Source: Octopus vulgaris
Lineage: Eukaryota
Length of the DNA stretch: 64,000 nucleotides
Assembly: GCA_951406725.2 (NCBI GenBank)
Contig: OX597839.1
Coordinates: 36,332,001 to 36,396,000, forward strand
Direction: 5' to 3'
The translations under genes and the position numbers were made by a program. This document shows, piece after piece, positions 35,380 to 50,713 of this stretch. The notes below the pieces were generated by a model, which ran no database searches, had not been told where the DNA came from, and was given only the letters and a program-made list of their open reading frames with translations. The stretch's first letter is position 1. Every line of letters starts with the position of its first letter.

Positions 35380-35735
35380 AGCGATCTTTCGTGTCTAGTA
35401 GACCTTTCCGTCGATTTCCATGGGCTTGCGGGAACTTTTGAAGTAATGAGAGCGAAAGAGACACATTACTCTCTCTGTCTCTTCACACACACTAACAGAA
35501 GCACTTCACTTACACAACATACTGTCTGTCTCCCACACCCCATCAAACACACACACACATGTACATCAATGCTCCCATGCACGGTAACTTCAAAAGAACT
35601 TCCCTCGTCATACAATCGCTTTCTCTTAGTCTCTTTCGCTCTCATTACTTCAAAAGTTCCCGCAAGCCCATATGTAAAAAAAAAAGTTTTTTTACGGAAA
35701 TCGACGGAAAGGTCTACTAGAGACGAAAGATTGCC
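35380..35735. mobile_element. MITE with long TIRs (Merlin-like)
   Basis: 35381-35462 is inverted relative to 35629-35735, with an insertion in the right arm. Flanks aaaagaca/tcaagaca look like a decayed 8-bp TSD. Confidence 0.8.
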
Positions 35736-36237
35736 TCAAGACAGTTTAATGTAGATTTGAGCTGCTTTTATTCATTACTTGAAAGTTTATCGAGAATTAT
35801 ATAAAGAAAAACTCAAAAAACGACCTAAACAACAAGAAAAGAAATGAATGAACAGAGAGAAAAAAAGTGGCATCGCCGGACCTATTTCCATTGGATATAA
35901 TATGGTTACACCGTCAGAAAGTCAAATGTAGTGGTTTCGGCAATTTCCGTAAATGTCCGTGCGAGGAGCGAGAGCTTCTGTTTGCTTCCAATATTTTCGT
36001 AATTAAATCATAAAATATCAATAAAAATATCACTTTTTATGTCTTACAATTGTTTTTTATGGTCTTGCTTTTTTTATTACTTCCTTCGTCACTTGTTTGC
36101 GCTAACACATCAAATCTGATCCACACGACTACCAAATCAGTTACAACTGTAGGCGTAAACAAATTTACTTCATAATCACGAGGTTCTGGGATCAATCCCA
36201 TTGTATGGCACCTTGGGTAAATGTCATTTTTCTATAG

Positions 36238-36388
36238 CAGTCATGAGCGAAAAGTGACCCGCGGGTCTTTTAATGGCATGACAACGAAAAATTACGTTGA
36301 AATTTTTTTTTCTTTAGCTGCGTGGCCCGCCTGATGACGAACCATGTCTCATGCGGCCCGCTTCTGGAAAAAAAATTGCTCATGCCTG
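36238..36388. mobile_element. hAT-like MITE inserted in an old family-A SINE
   Basis: TIR CAGTCATGAGC / GCTCATGCCTG; TSD TTCTATAG/TTCTATAA. Confidence 0.78.
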
Positions 36389-37892
36389 TTCTATAACCTC
36401 AAGTCAAATCACCTTGCGAGTGAAATTGGTTAGATGAAAACTGTAAAGAAGCCCGTCGAGGGTATTATACCCGTAATTCAAAAAGGTACACCCTTACACA
36501 TACTGTGTCAGGGCTGATTCTGACTGGTAGTACACGTGTCTGTGGAATCGTTCACGTTCATTCGGGACTCGGTGGTTCAGTTAATCAACCAACAGAATCC
36601 TCACCGCTGAACGATGGAGATATATACATATATACCGCCACTGTTATAACCAATAGGAATAAGCTGATCACCCAAATGGACCGTATTTACCCACCCCAGA
36701 GAAATATTAAACGAAAAACCGTCCCAATAAATGTGTGTGTTATAAAGGGGAATCAACCACCCCCGCCAACAAAAACGTATATAGGCATAATTTTTCATAT
36801 TGAGACGGAAAGAAATGTAACTTAAATGCTACATCATGTTTTTAAGAATTAAATAACAAAAATAATAGTTTCCTGTTTAGGTAGAAAGCAGTAATTTTAA
36901 GAGGGGGTTTTTAGTCGATACCACTGGATCCAATATACGCCTGATACCAAATTTTATCGAGCTGCGGAGAGATGAAACGTAAAGTCGACTTCGGCGAGAT
37001 TAGAACTCTGATAGTAAAGATCCAGAAGGAAACACTGCAAAACACTTTTTTTCTTTTTTTTTTACCCCAATGCTTTACTGATTCTGTGAATCCACTGCAG
37101 ATAATAATAGCAATAAGACTAGATTAGGCTCACTACTATTTCAGATGTATGTGTGTGTGTGATTTTTATTTCTTGCAATTAAAATAAAATAGAAATATAT
37201 ATGAAAAATATTACAATTTTATAATTTACGTTACTAATTACTTAAAAATAATTAGTCAGAAATAAAGATTGTTCGTTTGATTTTTGCTATGAGAAATCTA
37301 TCTAATCTCAGTCTGCAGGAATGCACTTCAACATATTTGAATCTGCAACTAATGGTTTCCTGCTGCTGCACTAGAAGCCGGATGCCGTTGGATTCGAATC
37401 GTAAATTGGCTTAAAAACAAATTTTCCTTTTCCAAAAGCCTCTTGTAATTCAACAAAAAAATTGTAATTTTTAAAGATAATTAATTCTCCTCCAGTTAAA
37501 AATTCCTTAAAGTTTTCATTTCATTAACGTTTATAAATTTAGTTGCTGAAACTTAAGGTCGACATTACTGGTTTCCTGAGCGACATGACATGTTGCTATC
37601 GAAATTGAACATTCACCCTCCCACCACTTCGCTATCTACCATCGCACTTCAACAGCAGTTCGTTATAATCTCCCCAACATAACTGGTTCAAATAGACATG
37701 TGCGAACATCATAAGGAAAATAGAAGGTGATCGAGTCAATAGCCATATGTACTCTAATTATGCTACACGCACTGGCCGTGCTCATAGTCATTATATAATC
37801 ATTTTATACTAATGACAAGATAATCGTGTCAATTAGCCCCGCGCACCGAATTTCATGCAATATTTGTAACATTTATTTATTTAAAGTTGTGC

Positions 37893-39673
<1,781 letters not shown>

Positions 39674-40459
39674 ACAGGAATTAATTACAAAAAAATAAAA
39701 ATGAAATAAAAACGTCAGCAATATTATTTTTAGTCAATCGTAAAATTAATTAGTTTTTCAATTTACCCAATTTTTAAAATCTTGTAAAATATTTCATTGA
39801 GAAATTATTATTATTATTATTATCAAAATCTCCTCCCCTCCCCTTCCTCATAGTATTCCAACCTATTTCTCCTCAGTTCTCTCTCCGAAGACACATGTTA
39901 CTGTTTGAGCACAAATTTAATTCATTCATCACATAAATGATCTTTCTCACCTTCTTAGATTCTCCACGATGTAATATGTAAGATATTATGTCATAATAGT
40001 ATCGTGAAAAACTTTTTTGTCTCTCATTCTCGCCTCACCTTAAAATCAGGTTCAAAACAGATAACATTTTACATCAATAAGAGATTTTTTAAAAATCAGA
40101 AAACTTCTTTCTTATATAATTAATTTTGTTTAAAGAGTTCAGCAATGTAAGTACGAGAAAATATATTAAAATTAAATCTAATTAGAATATCATAAGAATT
40201 TATAAACTTTCGAGAGAACGTAAAATAATTCTTTTTGTGGAGCTGGATCTCGAAGCACACGAATGCTAATCCAAAAGGGTTTTTCAACTCAATATTTACA
40301 TGTTATTTTCAGCATTAATATGCTTCATTTGAGACCTAATTTAGAAAGTTTTAACACGTAAAATATCTTAATTTTGAAGCCCTGTTCCGTTCAGTCTTTC
40401 TGGCCTTGCAGGAAATATAATCCAAATGAGTTTTTTCCCCCCTCAATCCAATTTTTACG

Positions 40460-41022
40460 ATATACTTATACAAGTGTGTCACCACCACCACCACTAGACT
40501 TTGTTTCCTCACAACTTTCAGAGGGGGTAGATTATGAATTACATGGGAATTTGTTGAGAAAGTGTGGAAGAAGTTTCGGATAATTTACACGAGTGGATTT
40601 TGTTTCTTCTTAACTTTCAGAAAAATGGATATTTTCAAAAAAAAATAAAACTTTCTACTAATGCCTTTCCGATTACGATATAATCAGAATTTAAATGTGA
40701 AAAAAAAAAAAAAAATAAAGTGGTCTGTGTGCACACAGTAACACGTCTCATAATTTCCCCCAAAATTTCAAGTTTCATTTTGTAGATATGTGATGCGTGT
40801 CAATGTACGGGTGTGCGCTGACCAATTTTTTTTTTTTGGCATGAAATTCCAATATAATTGCTGCCTGTTCCTCACCTCCGAAAAAAAAATTTTCGGAACA
40901 AATTCCGATATAAAAATCAATACCACGTGAAAGCTATTTGTAGAAAATTTCATTAAAAAATATCAATTTTCCTGAAAGTTAAGAGGAAACAAAGTCGGGA
41001 GGGGGTACACTTGTGTAGGTAT
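40460..41022. mobile_element. Old MITE with inverted ends; related sequence at ~23650-23990
   Basis: atacttatacaagtgt...gactttgtttcctcacaactttcag versus ctgaaagttaagaggaaacaaagtc...acacttgtgtaggtat. Confidence 0.6.
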
Positions 41023-41211
41023 GCCATATCTACATGCTTTTATTTATAGCACGAGATCTAATTAAGAATTTTTTTTTCTTTCTTCGCTCATGTTTGTGTT
41101 TTCTTCCGTTTTGGGGTTTTTAATTTAATGTGGCTTTTATATTATATATAGATATGTATCATATATATACGTGTTATACATGTATTTATTATCTCTGTTG
41201 GTAATAAAAAC

Positions 41212-41615
41212 ATATTTAATAACTTAAAAAGAAAAAAAAAACGTATTTAATAATTTAAAAAGAAAAAAACATTTAATAACTTGAAAAGGAAAAAAACAGC
41301 AATAATAAAAAATAGTAAAAAAACATTTGATAACTTAAAAAGAAAAAAAAAAACGTATTTAATAACTTAAAAAGAAAAAAAAACGTATTTGATAACTTAA
41401 AAAGATAAAAAAACATTTAATAACTTAAAAAGATAAAAAAACGTATTTGATAACTTAAAAAGATAAAAAAAAACGTATTTGATAACTTAAAAAGTAAAAA
41501 AACGTATTTAACTTAAAAAGAAAAAAAACGTATTTAATAACGTAAAAAGAAGAAAAAAACGTATTTAATAAATTAAAAAAAGAAAAAAAAAACCGTATTT
41601 AATAACTTAAAAAGA
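41212..41615 (+). repeat. ~30-bp minisatellite (acgtatttaataacttaaaaagaaaaaaa), roughly 13-14 units
   Basis: Directly visible tandem units with a variable A tract. Confidence 0.92.
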
Positions 41616-41659
41616 AGAAAAGAAAAAACAATTAAGAAAATTTAAACGTGAAATATCTT

Positions 41660-41800
41660 CTCAAGCCTGCCCCTCCCCTCCCGCCGTTCCGTTCTGTTCT
41701 GTTCCGTCCGGTCTTTCTAGTCTAACAGGAATTATGTTAAAGCGGGTCGCTGGAGATAAATTCACCGTTTTACTCTGCATGCTGTTGCATTACCGCCAGA

Positions 41801-41835
<35 letters not shown>

Positions 41836-41880
41836 TCATCAGTTTAGTGTGAGAGACTTTGAGTGAAAGCAGAGGCGCTC
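41660..41880 (+). promoter_or_regulatory. Candidate CTDNEP1 promoter/TSS region
   Basis: Local GC/CpG-rich patch (cccctcccctcccgccg), a poly-A tract, then an initiator-like ATCAGTT at 41838-41844, 1.2 kb upstream of the ATG. Confidence 0.45.
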
Positions 41881-43026
41881 CTCTCTTTACTATTTCCAAC
41901 CAATACAGCTTGGAGTAAGAGCTACTATTGACACTAATACTACTACTATTAGTAGTAGTAGCTGCTGTTAGTGCTGCTGGTGTATTGGGTTTTTTTTTTT
42001 TTTTTATTCATTTAGGTTTTTTTTATACAACATTTAATACCAAATATTAAGGGCAGCAGCAAGGAAGGAAGGAAAGAAATACCACCAGGAACCCCCTGCT
42101 ACTGCTTCAACCACCAAGATCGGGAAAAACCTATGGACCTAGTATACACACATCCATATATACACACCATACACACATATTTTTATATATATATATATGT
42201 GTTTTTATGTGTTGTAATTCATAAGTTTACATAATATACATACACACACACATATATATATCTATATGAATCTGTGCTGCGTGTGTATATATATTCACAC
42301 TGACTTCGTATAATATACACGTATTTACATGTATCTACACACACCCTACCTCCATTTAATATAATATATATATATATACACGAAATATATATACACACAC
42401 ACATTAATATAATACACATATATAACATATTTATATATATATATATACATGTCTGTATACACACATTACCTCTCTATAACACATATATACAACCACTATT
42501 AACTCCCTTTTTCAAATATATATATATACCATCAAATAAACTACCAATGTGTATATCACACATTTATATACCACACACACTGTTTTTTTGAAGTGTATAT
42601 ATAAATACATATATATATATATAAATACAGAAATATATGTGTTAGCTATATAAATCTCTATATATTTCTACACATAGATTCTTAAATATATATATATATA
42701 TCTATCAAATAAACTCCAATGTGTATACTACACATATATATATACCACACACACTGTTTTTTTGAAGTGTATATATAAATATATATATATATGTGTTAGA
42801 TATATAAATCTCTATATATTTCTACACACTAATTCTTAAATATCTATCTATCTATCTATATAGATATAGATATATATGTGTGTGTGTGTGTTTGTTTTGA
42901 GTGAAGAGAGGTAAGACTTGGTGGTGGAGAGGGTCTTGCTTCTTGTGTTCTGTGGAGATTCTTCTTCTTCTTCGACGCCTCAAGCAGGTAACTTCTCTTC
43001 TTCCCTCAAAGATCTGTGACCATTCC

Positions 43027-43038
43027 ATGCTGCACTAA
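43027..43038 (+). promoter_or_regulatory. uORF M-L-H-stop overlapping the CTDNEP1 start (TAATG)
   Basis: ATG CTG CAC TAA at 43027-43038; its last A is the first base of ATG 43038-43040. Confidence 0.6.
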
Positions 43039-43136
43039 TGATCACCTACTTTGTTATGGGATTACGAGGTTTCTTCATATTAGCAGCCAAAATATGGAGT
43101 TTCATATGTTACATATTCAGAAGACAGATACGTTCG
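43038..43136 (+). CDS. CTDNEP1: CTD nuclear envelope phosphatase 1 (Dullard) first coding exon: MITYFVMGLRGFFILAAKIWSFICYIFRRQIRS
   Basis: Manual translation matches the human CTDNEP1 N-terminus ([27 protein letters not shown], recalled). TCG|GTAAGT donor at 43137. No exon 2 recognised in the window. Confidence 0.92.
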
Positions 43137-43319
43137 GTAAGTAACAATATATATATATATTTTGATGATTTTTCACAAAAGTGAAGAGTAAAAGGAGGGG
43201 GAAAAAGAAGGCCAAAAAAAGGATGTTTCGGTTTTCTTTTCGTTTATTCCATTATCTATAGTTTTTGGTTGTAATGTTTTCCCCCCTTGTGTTTATATAA
43301 ATGAATATATATACATGTA

Positions 43320-43449
43320 TATATAGTATGTGGGGGTTTGTAAAGATTTGTGTATGTATAAAGTATATATATATATGTAAAGATGTGTGTGTATGTATAA
43401 AGTATATATATATAGTATGTGGGGGTTTGTAAAGATGTGTATGTATAAA

Positions 43450-43487
<38 letters not shown>

Positions 43488-43597
43488 TGTGGGGGTTTGT
43501 AAAAATGTGTGTATGTATAAAGTAGATATATATATAGTATGTGGGGGTTTGTAGAGATTTGTGTGTATGTATAAAGTATATATATATATATATATAT
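43320..43597 (+). repeat. Minisatellite (agtatgtgggggtttgtaaagatgtgtgtatgtataaag(ta)n), ~5 units
   Basis: Directly visible, 180 nt into CTDNEP1 intron 1. Confidence 0.88.
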
Positions 43598-43849
43598 TGT
43601 GTGTGTGTATATCGTATCTATCTATCCTGTATATGTGTGTATACATGTATGCATATATATTTGTACGTATGTGTATATTTGTCGTTGATTCTTAACCGAT
43701 TTTCTGTTAAGATCGAAATCAAATGATTCTCTGTTGTTTTGCCGATGCTGCTATACTATTAACTGTTAGACATGACCCCCTACAATCGACTGTTGGTTCT
43801 AATACACTCTATGGCCATCCATCTATCTATCTATCCCCTACTCTCTACT

Positions 43850-43899
<50 letters not shown>

Positions 43900-44169
43900 C
43901 ACCTTATATTTAACTACATATCGACTCTTATTCCTCTATCTATCTATCGATCTATCTATCTCTTATATAATCTTACCTCATAATACCTCTACTCTGTCTC
44001 TTTCTCTATTGTTTATTTCCTAATTTCTTACTACCGTCACCTCCACTTTCTTCTTCTTCTTCTACACCTTTTACCCGATTCACAATTGACATAACTATTC
44101 TATAATATAATAATATTTCTACATTCGATGCGAGACTATAATATATTACAAAGTTACACATATAATATA

Positions 44170-44222
<53 letters not shown>

Positions 44223-44528
44223 TTTGGCCAGGCACAACGCCAACCTTGTAAAGAGGGGAATTTTGAGCAATCGACTTTATATATGTATATATATATGTTA
44301 AGTCGATTGTAATGTGTACACTAGATTATTGGTGCCTATATTGTAGGTACCCCGGCAACCTGATTTCATTCGAATTCTGAACACCCATTATATATATATA
44401 TATATACACTAAGTAATTAAGGGTTTAGCAACGATTTGCCTCACCACACACCGAATTTAGAAATAGCAGTCAAAGAGTTTTGGCTATTCTTTCTACCTAA
44501 AAAGGAGATCTCAGTAAAACCACAGCAC

Positions 44529-44577
<49 letters not shown>

Positions 44578-44821
44578 TCACGCACGCATATATATTGAGA
44601 GATACTGAAACTAGATATTATTGTAAATATATGTGGAACCACCGAGTACGGCTCACCAGACCTTGCTGATGGATAACTGTGTCATCCGAGGAAAGGAGGA
44701 TGATCGCATCCTGAGAGAGGAAACACGAATAGCGATGGTGTGTTTTTTTAGTCTCTACCTTTCGTGTATTGAGTACTCGCCCTCCCACTCGCTTCCTCTG
44801 TTCCTATGTAGGTATACACTG

Positions 44822-44875
<54 letters not shown>

Positions 44876-45019
44876 CAATGATAACAAAGGGTAAAGTATT
44901 TTGGTTTCTCTAGGAGTCTCTTTTTAGAAGTAGAAGAAATAGCTAAGATGTTTTTTGGCTGCTATTTCTAAACTTCGGTGTGTGGTAAAGCAAATCTTTG
45001 CTGAACCCTTATTAATAAG

Positions 45020-45051
<32 letters not shown>

Positions 45052-47116
45052 TATACGACAGGCTTCTTTCAGTTTCCGTCTACCAAATCCACTCACAAGG
45101 CATTGGTCGGCCCGGGGCTATAGCAGAAGACACTTGCCCAAGATGCCACGCAGTGGGACTGAACCCGGAACCATGTGGTTCGTAAGCAAGCTACTTACCA
45201 CACAGCCACTCCTGCGCCTCTCAATATATATATATAATCAATAATAACAAAGGGTAAAGTATTTTGGTTTCTCTAGGAGTCCCTTTTTAAAGTAGTAGAA
45301 GTAATAGATTTTTTTGGCTGCTATTTCTAAACTTCGGTATGTGGTAAAGCAAATCTTTGCTGAACCCTTATTTTATAAGTATATTGCTTTTCATCCTTTC
45401 GGGGTCGATAAATAAAGTACCAGTTTCGCTCTGGGGTCGATGTAATCGATTTAATCCCTTTGTCTGTCCTTGTTTGTCCCCTCTATGTTTAGCCCCTTGT
45501 GGGCAATAAAGAAATAATATATATATATATACAAACACACACTTATATATACATATAATACACACATATATATATACAAACGTACAGACTCATTTATATA
45601 TAATGCTTAGCTCTAGGTTATATCTGATCGAGCCAGGCTTATAATATTAAGTTCGTTCCACTTGTGACCATCCTGTATTTTAGTGTATCCAGAATTCATT
45701 ATTTAAGGAGCCCTTCCTTAAAAAAAAAAAAAAGGAGCGGGGGAGGGGTCAGTGAAAAGAAAAAGGGGGAAAACCCACTGGTAGGATGTATATTTCGAGG
45801 GGAACGTGGTAGCTGCTATTTCTGCCAGGTTGTACGACCACGTATCGGCGGCTCCCTCCCACACACAGACACACACACACACACACACAATCCAATGTTT
45901 TGTATCGTGTGACCCACACATATGCACTTGACATATTTAGCAACTCTTATTTACACCGAGCTCTGTGTGTGGAGAGAGAAGGATGTAATATTGCTTAGAC
46001 ATAGATTTCTTGTTTTATTGGAGGGGAAAGACGATTGGTGTGGAATCAATCAATCAATCAATCAATCAATTAATCAGAGATCAAATATGGTAGTGGCATG
46101 TGGGGGTTTTTAATTGATTTATTTATTTATTTATTAATTAATATATTATTATCAGTCACCGGCCATGCTGGGGCACCACTCTGAAGACTTTTTTAGTCGA
46201 TCAAATCGAGTCCGATACTCACGTTTTTTTTTGCCCTTCTCCTTGAAAGTCTGGCACTTTTTCTATCGGTCACTTTTCTGCCGAACCGCTACGCTACGGG
46301 GGACGTAAACAAACCAGCACTGGTTGTCAAGTGCTGGTGGGTGAAACATAATTCACATAGGCTTAAATAACTCGGAGCTATTATAGTAGAATACACTTGC
46401 CCAAGGTGCCGCCCAGTAGGACTGAGCCCAAGATCACATGGTTGGGAAGCCAGCCTTTTAACCACAGCCACCTCCGTGTTTATTCTATTATTATTATAAA
46501 TCCTTAAATCCTTAAAAATGTTTTAGCCCGAAGGCCGCGGCCATGCTGGGGCACCACCGCTGAAAAAGAATTTATCCACTCGTCCCTATCGTTATTTATT
46601 TTTCGTGATATTTTTACTGTGACCCGGCTTTTAAAAACTGAATCTTTAAAAAGATGAATAAAGTCAGCCACCACTGACTGGTGTGTCAATGAATGGAATA
46701 AAGATGGAGCGAGAGAGAGATTGTGTGATGATGTTTCAGCAGAGATGAATGAGAGAGCAACTAGTGTAGAATGAGTCAGTGGCAAGGATTGAACCCGTAA
46801 GCATGATGTGTCGTGTAAGCTGAAGGCGTGTGCCACCCGTTCGGCCAAATCGGTGTGTTTTTCTCAAAATAGGATATAAATTTAGCGAAAATGGATATCG
46901 ATGAATTGGGAAAAAAGAATTCTTTTTATAGATTTATAGATCGTTTGTGTATGTATTATCGTGCGTGTATAATATATAGACAGGTAGACACAGATATAAT
47001 ATTTGTGTGTGTGTGTGTGTGAGCGCACACACATATATTATATAACACGCAAACATACATTTGCGTGTAATGTGGATGTGTTTCTATTGATCAATATTGT
47101 GTATGCGTTTTGCTAC

Positions 47117-47161
<45 letters not shown>

Positions 47162-47338
47162 TTGCGTATGGTGTCGATCAATAATCGTGTGTATATATAT
47201 ATATATGCGTGTGTGTGTGTGTGCTACATTATATATACACACACACACAAACGTGTGTGTGTATACACGTGTTTTAAAACCGTGTGATGTTTACTGCCTC
47301 ATATCTGTCTATCGATTAATAGTGCACGTGTATGTATG

Positions 47339-47377
<39 letters not shown>

Positions 47378-48596
47378 GCACACATCTGTATGGATATATG
47401 TATATACATACAGAGACACGTGCGTGTGTATATATGTACACACATGACATATGTTTACTCTGTCCTAGAAGCCTCAAGATTTCCATCATAAATCTCTCCC
47501 TGATAACAATACCTTTATCTCTGTTCAGCCACTTTTATCAACTAAAGTCTATTCTATCTTATCTGTGTTTTTGTTATTGTTTTTGTTAGCAATACCACTG
47601 AGAAAGGTATCAACACCACCACACCCTCTTCATACCTCGGTTGGTTAGAGTAGTACCCCTCGCTTGCGACGTCGCCCCGCCTCCTATCTTTTATATTTTA
47701 TTTTAAAAAGGCTTTTAAAACCGTCTGAGGGAACGTCTGGGTGTTGATGTTCTCAGGAATGTGGCGGTGACGGTAGCAGCTGATGCGGATCCAAAGCTCA
47801 AGTATTCGGTAGCACAACAATTGCTGATAATGAAAGGAAAAAAAAAAAAAAGAAATTCCTAGTCGATGATGTTATGAAAGAAACAGTTTCTGCTGTTGTT
47901 GCCCTGGTTTCCTTATCTGTATATGGCTATCTCTCTCTTTCTTTCTGTAGTGGCAAAGCATGAACGTCACAGCACAACTCAGAGCTTATGTGCTTTGGCC
48001 AGCCAGAGACTTGTCGAGAAGAGGTCAACACTGGAATGACCTGTAACGGTTCCAATTAATCTGAGAACGGAATGAACGCCACACAACCGTCTTCATTGAA
48101 TACGAGCATTTAGGCTGAAATTCCACCTTTCGTCCTTTTGCGAGGACAATAAACTGAAGTACTGGCCGAGCCCTGGGGTGGGGGGGTTGATGTAATCAGA
48201 TGCCCCCTCCCCCAGGATTTCAGGCCTTGTTCCCCTATAGTTGAGAGAATTATTATTATTAGGACGGCGAGTTGAGAGAATCGTTTGGTGCATCCGATAA
48301 AATGCTTAGAGGTATTCCTTCTGGCTCTATACGTTCTGAATTGAAATGCCGCCACAGCCCAACTTCGCCTTTCATCTTTTTCGGGTCGACAAAATAGAAA
48401 TATCCGTCCAAGTACCGGGGTAGATGTAATCGACTGAACACCCCTCTCCCTGGAATTACTATCCTTGTGCCAGAATTAGAAATAATAATAATAATAATAA
48501 TTAATTCTTTTATTGGCCACAAGGGCTGACAAAAATTAATTATAACATAAAGGGACAAAACAGGACGAAAGTTACAAAGGGTTATTATTATGACAC

Positions 48597-48714
48597 CCGG
48601 ATTAAATGTTATACTATTTAGTTATGTCCCTTTATGACCGGATTAAATGTTCTACTATTTAGTTATGTCCCTTTATGACCGGATTAAATGTTATACTATT
48701 CAGTTACGTCCCTT
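48597..48714 (+). repeat. 41-bp tandem repeat x3 (ccggattaaatgttatactatttagttatgtccctttatga)
   Basis: Units at 48597, 48638 and 48679. Confidence 0.9.
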
Positions 48715-50332
48715 CAAACCTCGCTGAAGTCACCATCCATCCGGTGTATTTAAATTTAGTACCCGTTATGAACTAGGGTCGGTTGATTCCTACCTCTGTC
48801 TACCCCTCCTCATTCACATGTGACCATCCCGCCTTTGTATTATAGTTTATGTACGGGAACAGCATCCTTATTCCAAGAGAGTAAAATATGGTTTGGGGGA
48901 AAATTAGCTGCTATTTCTATGTAGTGTCTACGATAGATGTCTGCCAATGTAGTAAAGGAATCGCCGTTGGAACTGTTTCTCTTTCTCCAGAAAGGCATGA
49001 ACGTCACAACTTCTCATGTCCTCCCTTTTCTTCAGCAAAATTTCCAACTTTAGATACTCTAATTTTAATCTTTTGCTTGTTTCAGTCATTCAACTGCGGT
49101 CACGCTGGGGCACCGCCTTGAAGATTTTAGTTGAACGAATCGGCCCCCAGTATTTATTTTTAAGCTTGTATTTATTCTACCGAACCACTATGTTACAGGT
49201 AAGTAAACAAACCAACACCGGTCGTCAATCGTTGGAAGGGGAAGACAAACATACAGGCACGCATGAACATACACCATGGGCTTCGACACAGTTTCCGTCT
49301 ACCAAATCCACTGACGAGGCATTGATTGGCCTGACGCAATTATAGAAGAAGACACTTGCCCAAGGTGCCAAACAGTGGGACTGAACCCGAAAACCACATG
49401 GCTACAAAACAAGCTTATTAACCACAGCTATTCCTGCACCTGTGAAAGGTTCACGAATCTTGGTTGTCTTTACTCTAAGGTTAATCACATGATTTCAGGT
49501 TCAGTCCCACTGCATGGCACCTTGGGCAAGTGTCTTCTGCGATAGCCTTGGATTTGGTAGACAGAAACTGAAAGAAGCTCGTCGTGTGTATGTGTGTGTT
49601 TGTCCCCCACCACTGCTATACAACTGCTCTTGGCTTGTTTATGTCTCTGTAACTTAGCGGTTTGGCAAAAAGTGATCAACAGAGTAAGCATGAAGCTGCA
49701 GATAAAAAAAAGAAATGTACTTTTCTCTCTTTCACTCCTAAACATTTCTTTTCCCCCCTCCTCTCTCTCTCTCTCCCTCCTCTGAGGTGAGTGTTTTTAA
49801 GGAAGCATTTGCATATCAAAGGAGAGTGGGAAGGGAGGATATTGTGGACTGCCTTATTTCACCTTGTCACTCTCACCACCACCACCACCACTAAACCACT
49901 CCTACCACCACAGCCACTTTCATCACAACCTTCACTACCACCACCACCACCACCACCACTCATGGTTACTTCTCCAGTCACAACCACCAACACACACACC
50001 ATCATGAACTACTACCCCTCCACAAGCTAATGGAGCAGCCTCTACATGGTTTGTTTTTCATACTAGACATAACCGAATTGCAATCAATTCAACCCTTTAG
50101 CATTCAAATTTCTTTGTCAAATGTCTTGTTTAATTTATCCACATTGCTTTGAATTAGCCACACATTATCTTGTAGCTACAAGATTTCAATGGTGTGTTTC
50201 TATATTTTTAAAGTAACATTGTAGGGTAGGTGAGAGAGGTTGGATCTGGCCAGGTTCAGCATAAAACAAGTAGAATATTTAGGCCGGATGTGGTCGGATT
50301 AAATGCTAAAGGACTAAACAGGCAAGGGTGGA

Positions 50333-50713
50333 GGCACAATGGCCCAATGGTTAGGGCAGCGGACTCGCAGTCATAGGATCGCGGTTTCGATTCCCAGACC
50401 GGGCGTTGTGAGTGTTTATTGAGTGAAAACACCTAAAGCTCCACAGAGGCTCCGGCAGGGGATGGTGGTGATCCCTGCTGTACTCTTTCACCACAACTTT
50501 CTCTCACTCTTACTTCCTGTTTCTGTTGTACCTGTATTTCAAAGGGCCGGCCTTGTCACTATCTGTGTCATGCTGAATATCCCCGAGAACTACGTTAAGG
50601 GTACACGTGTCTGTGGAGTGCTCAGCCACTTACACGTTAATTTCACGAGCAGGCTGTTCCGTTGATTCGGATCAGCCGGAACCCTCGTCGTCGTAATCCG
50701 ACGGAGTGCTTCC
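50333..50713 (+). mobile_element. tRNA-derived SINE family C, full length; other copies 16928-17185 (+), 22855-23168 (-)
   Basis: tggcccaatggttagggcagcggactcgcag...ggtttcgattccc head (A/B boxes) followed by a shared body. Confidence 0.88.

Noticed and set aside
35242-35754. 170-aa ORF
   Set aside because: It spans a palindromic MITE and shows no recognisable domain.
41212-48714. Regularly spaced short repeats suggestive of CRISPR arrays
   Set aside because: Plain tandem minisatellites with no unique spacers, in a eukaryotic context with no cas genes.
50333-50405. tRNA-like sequences with A/B boxes (also 15626, 15823, 51482, 54500-54575)
   Set aside because: These are SINE heads continuing into SINE bodies, without a proper acceptor stem or terminator.
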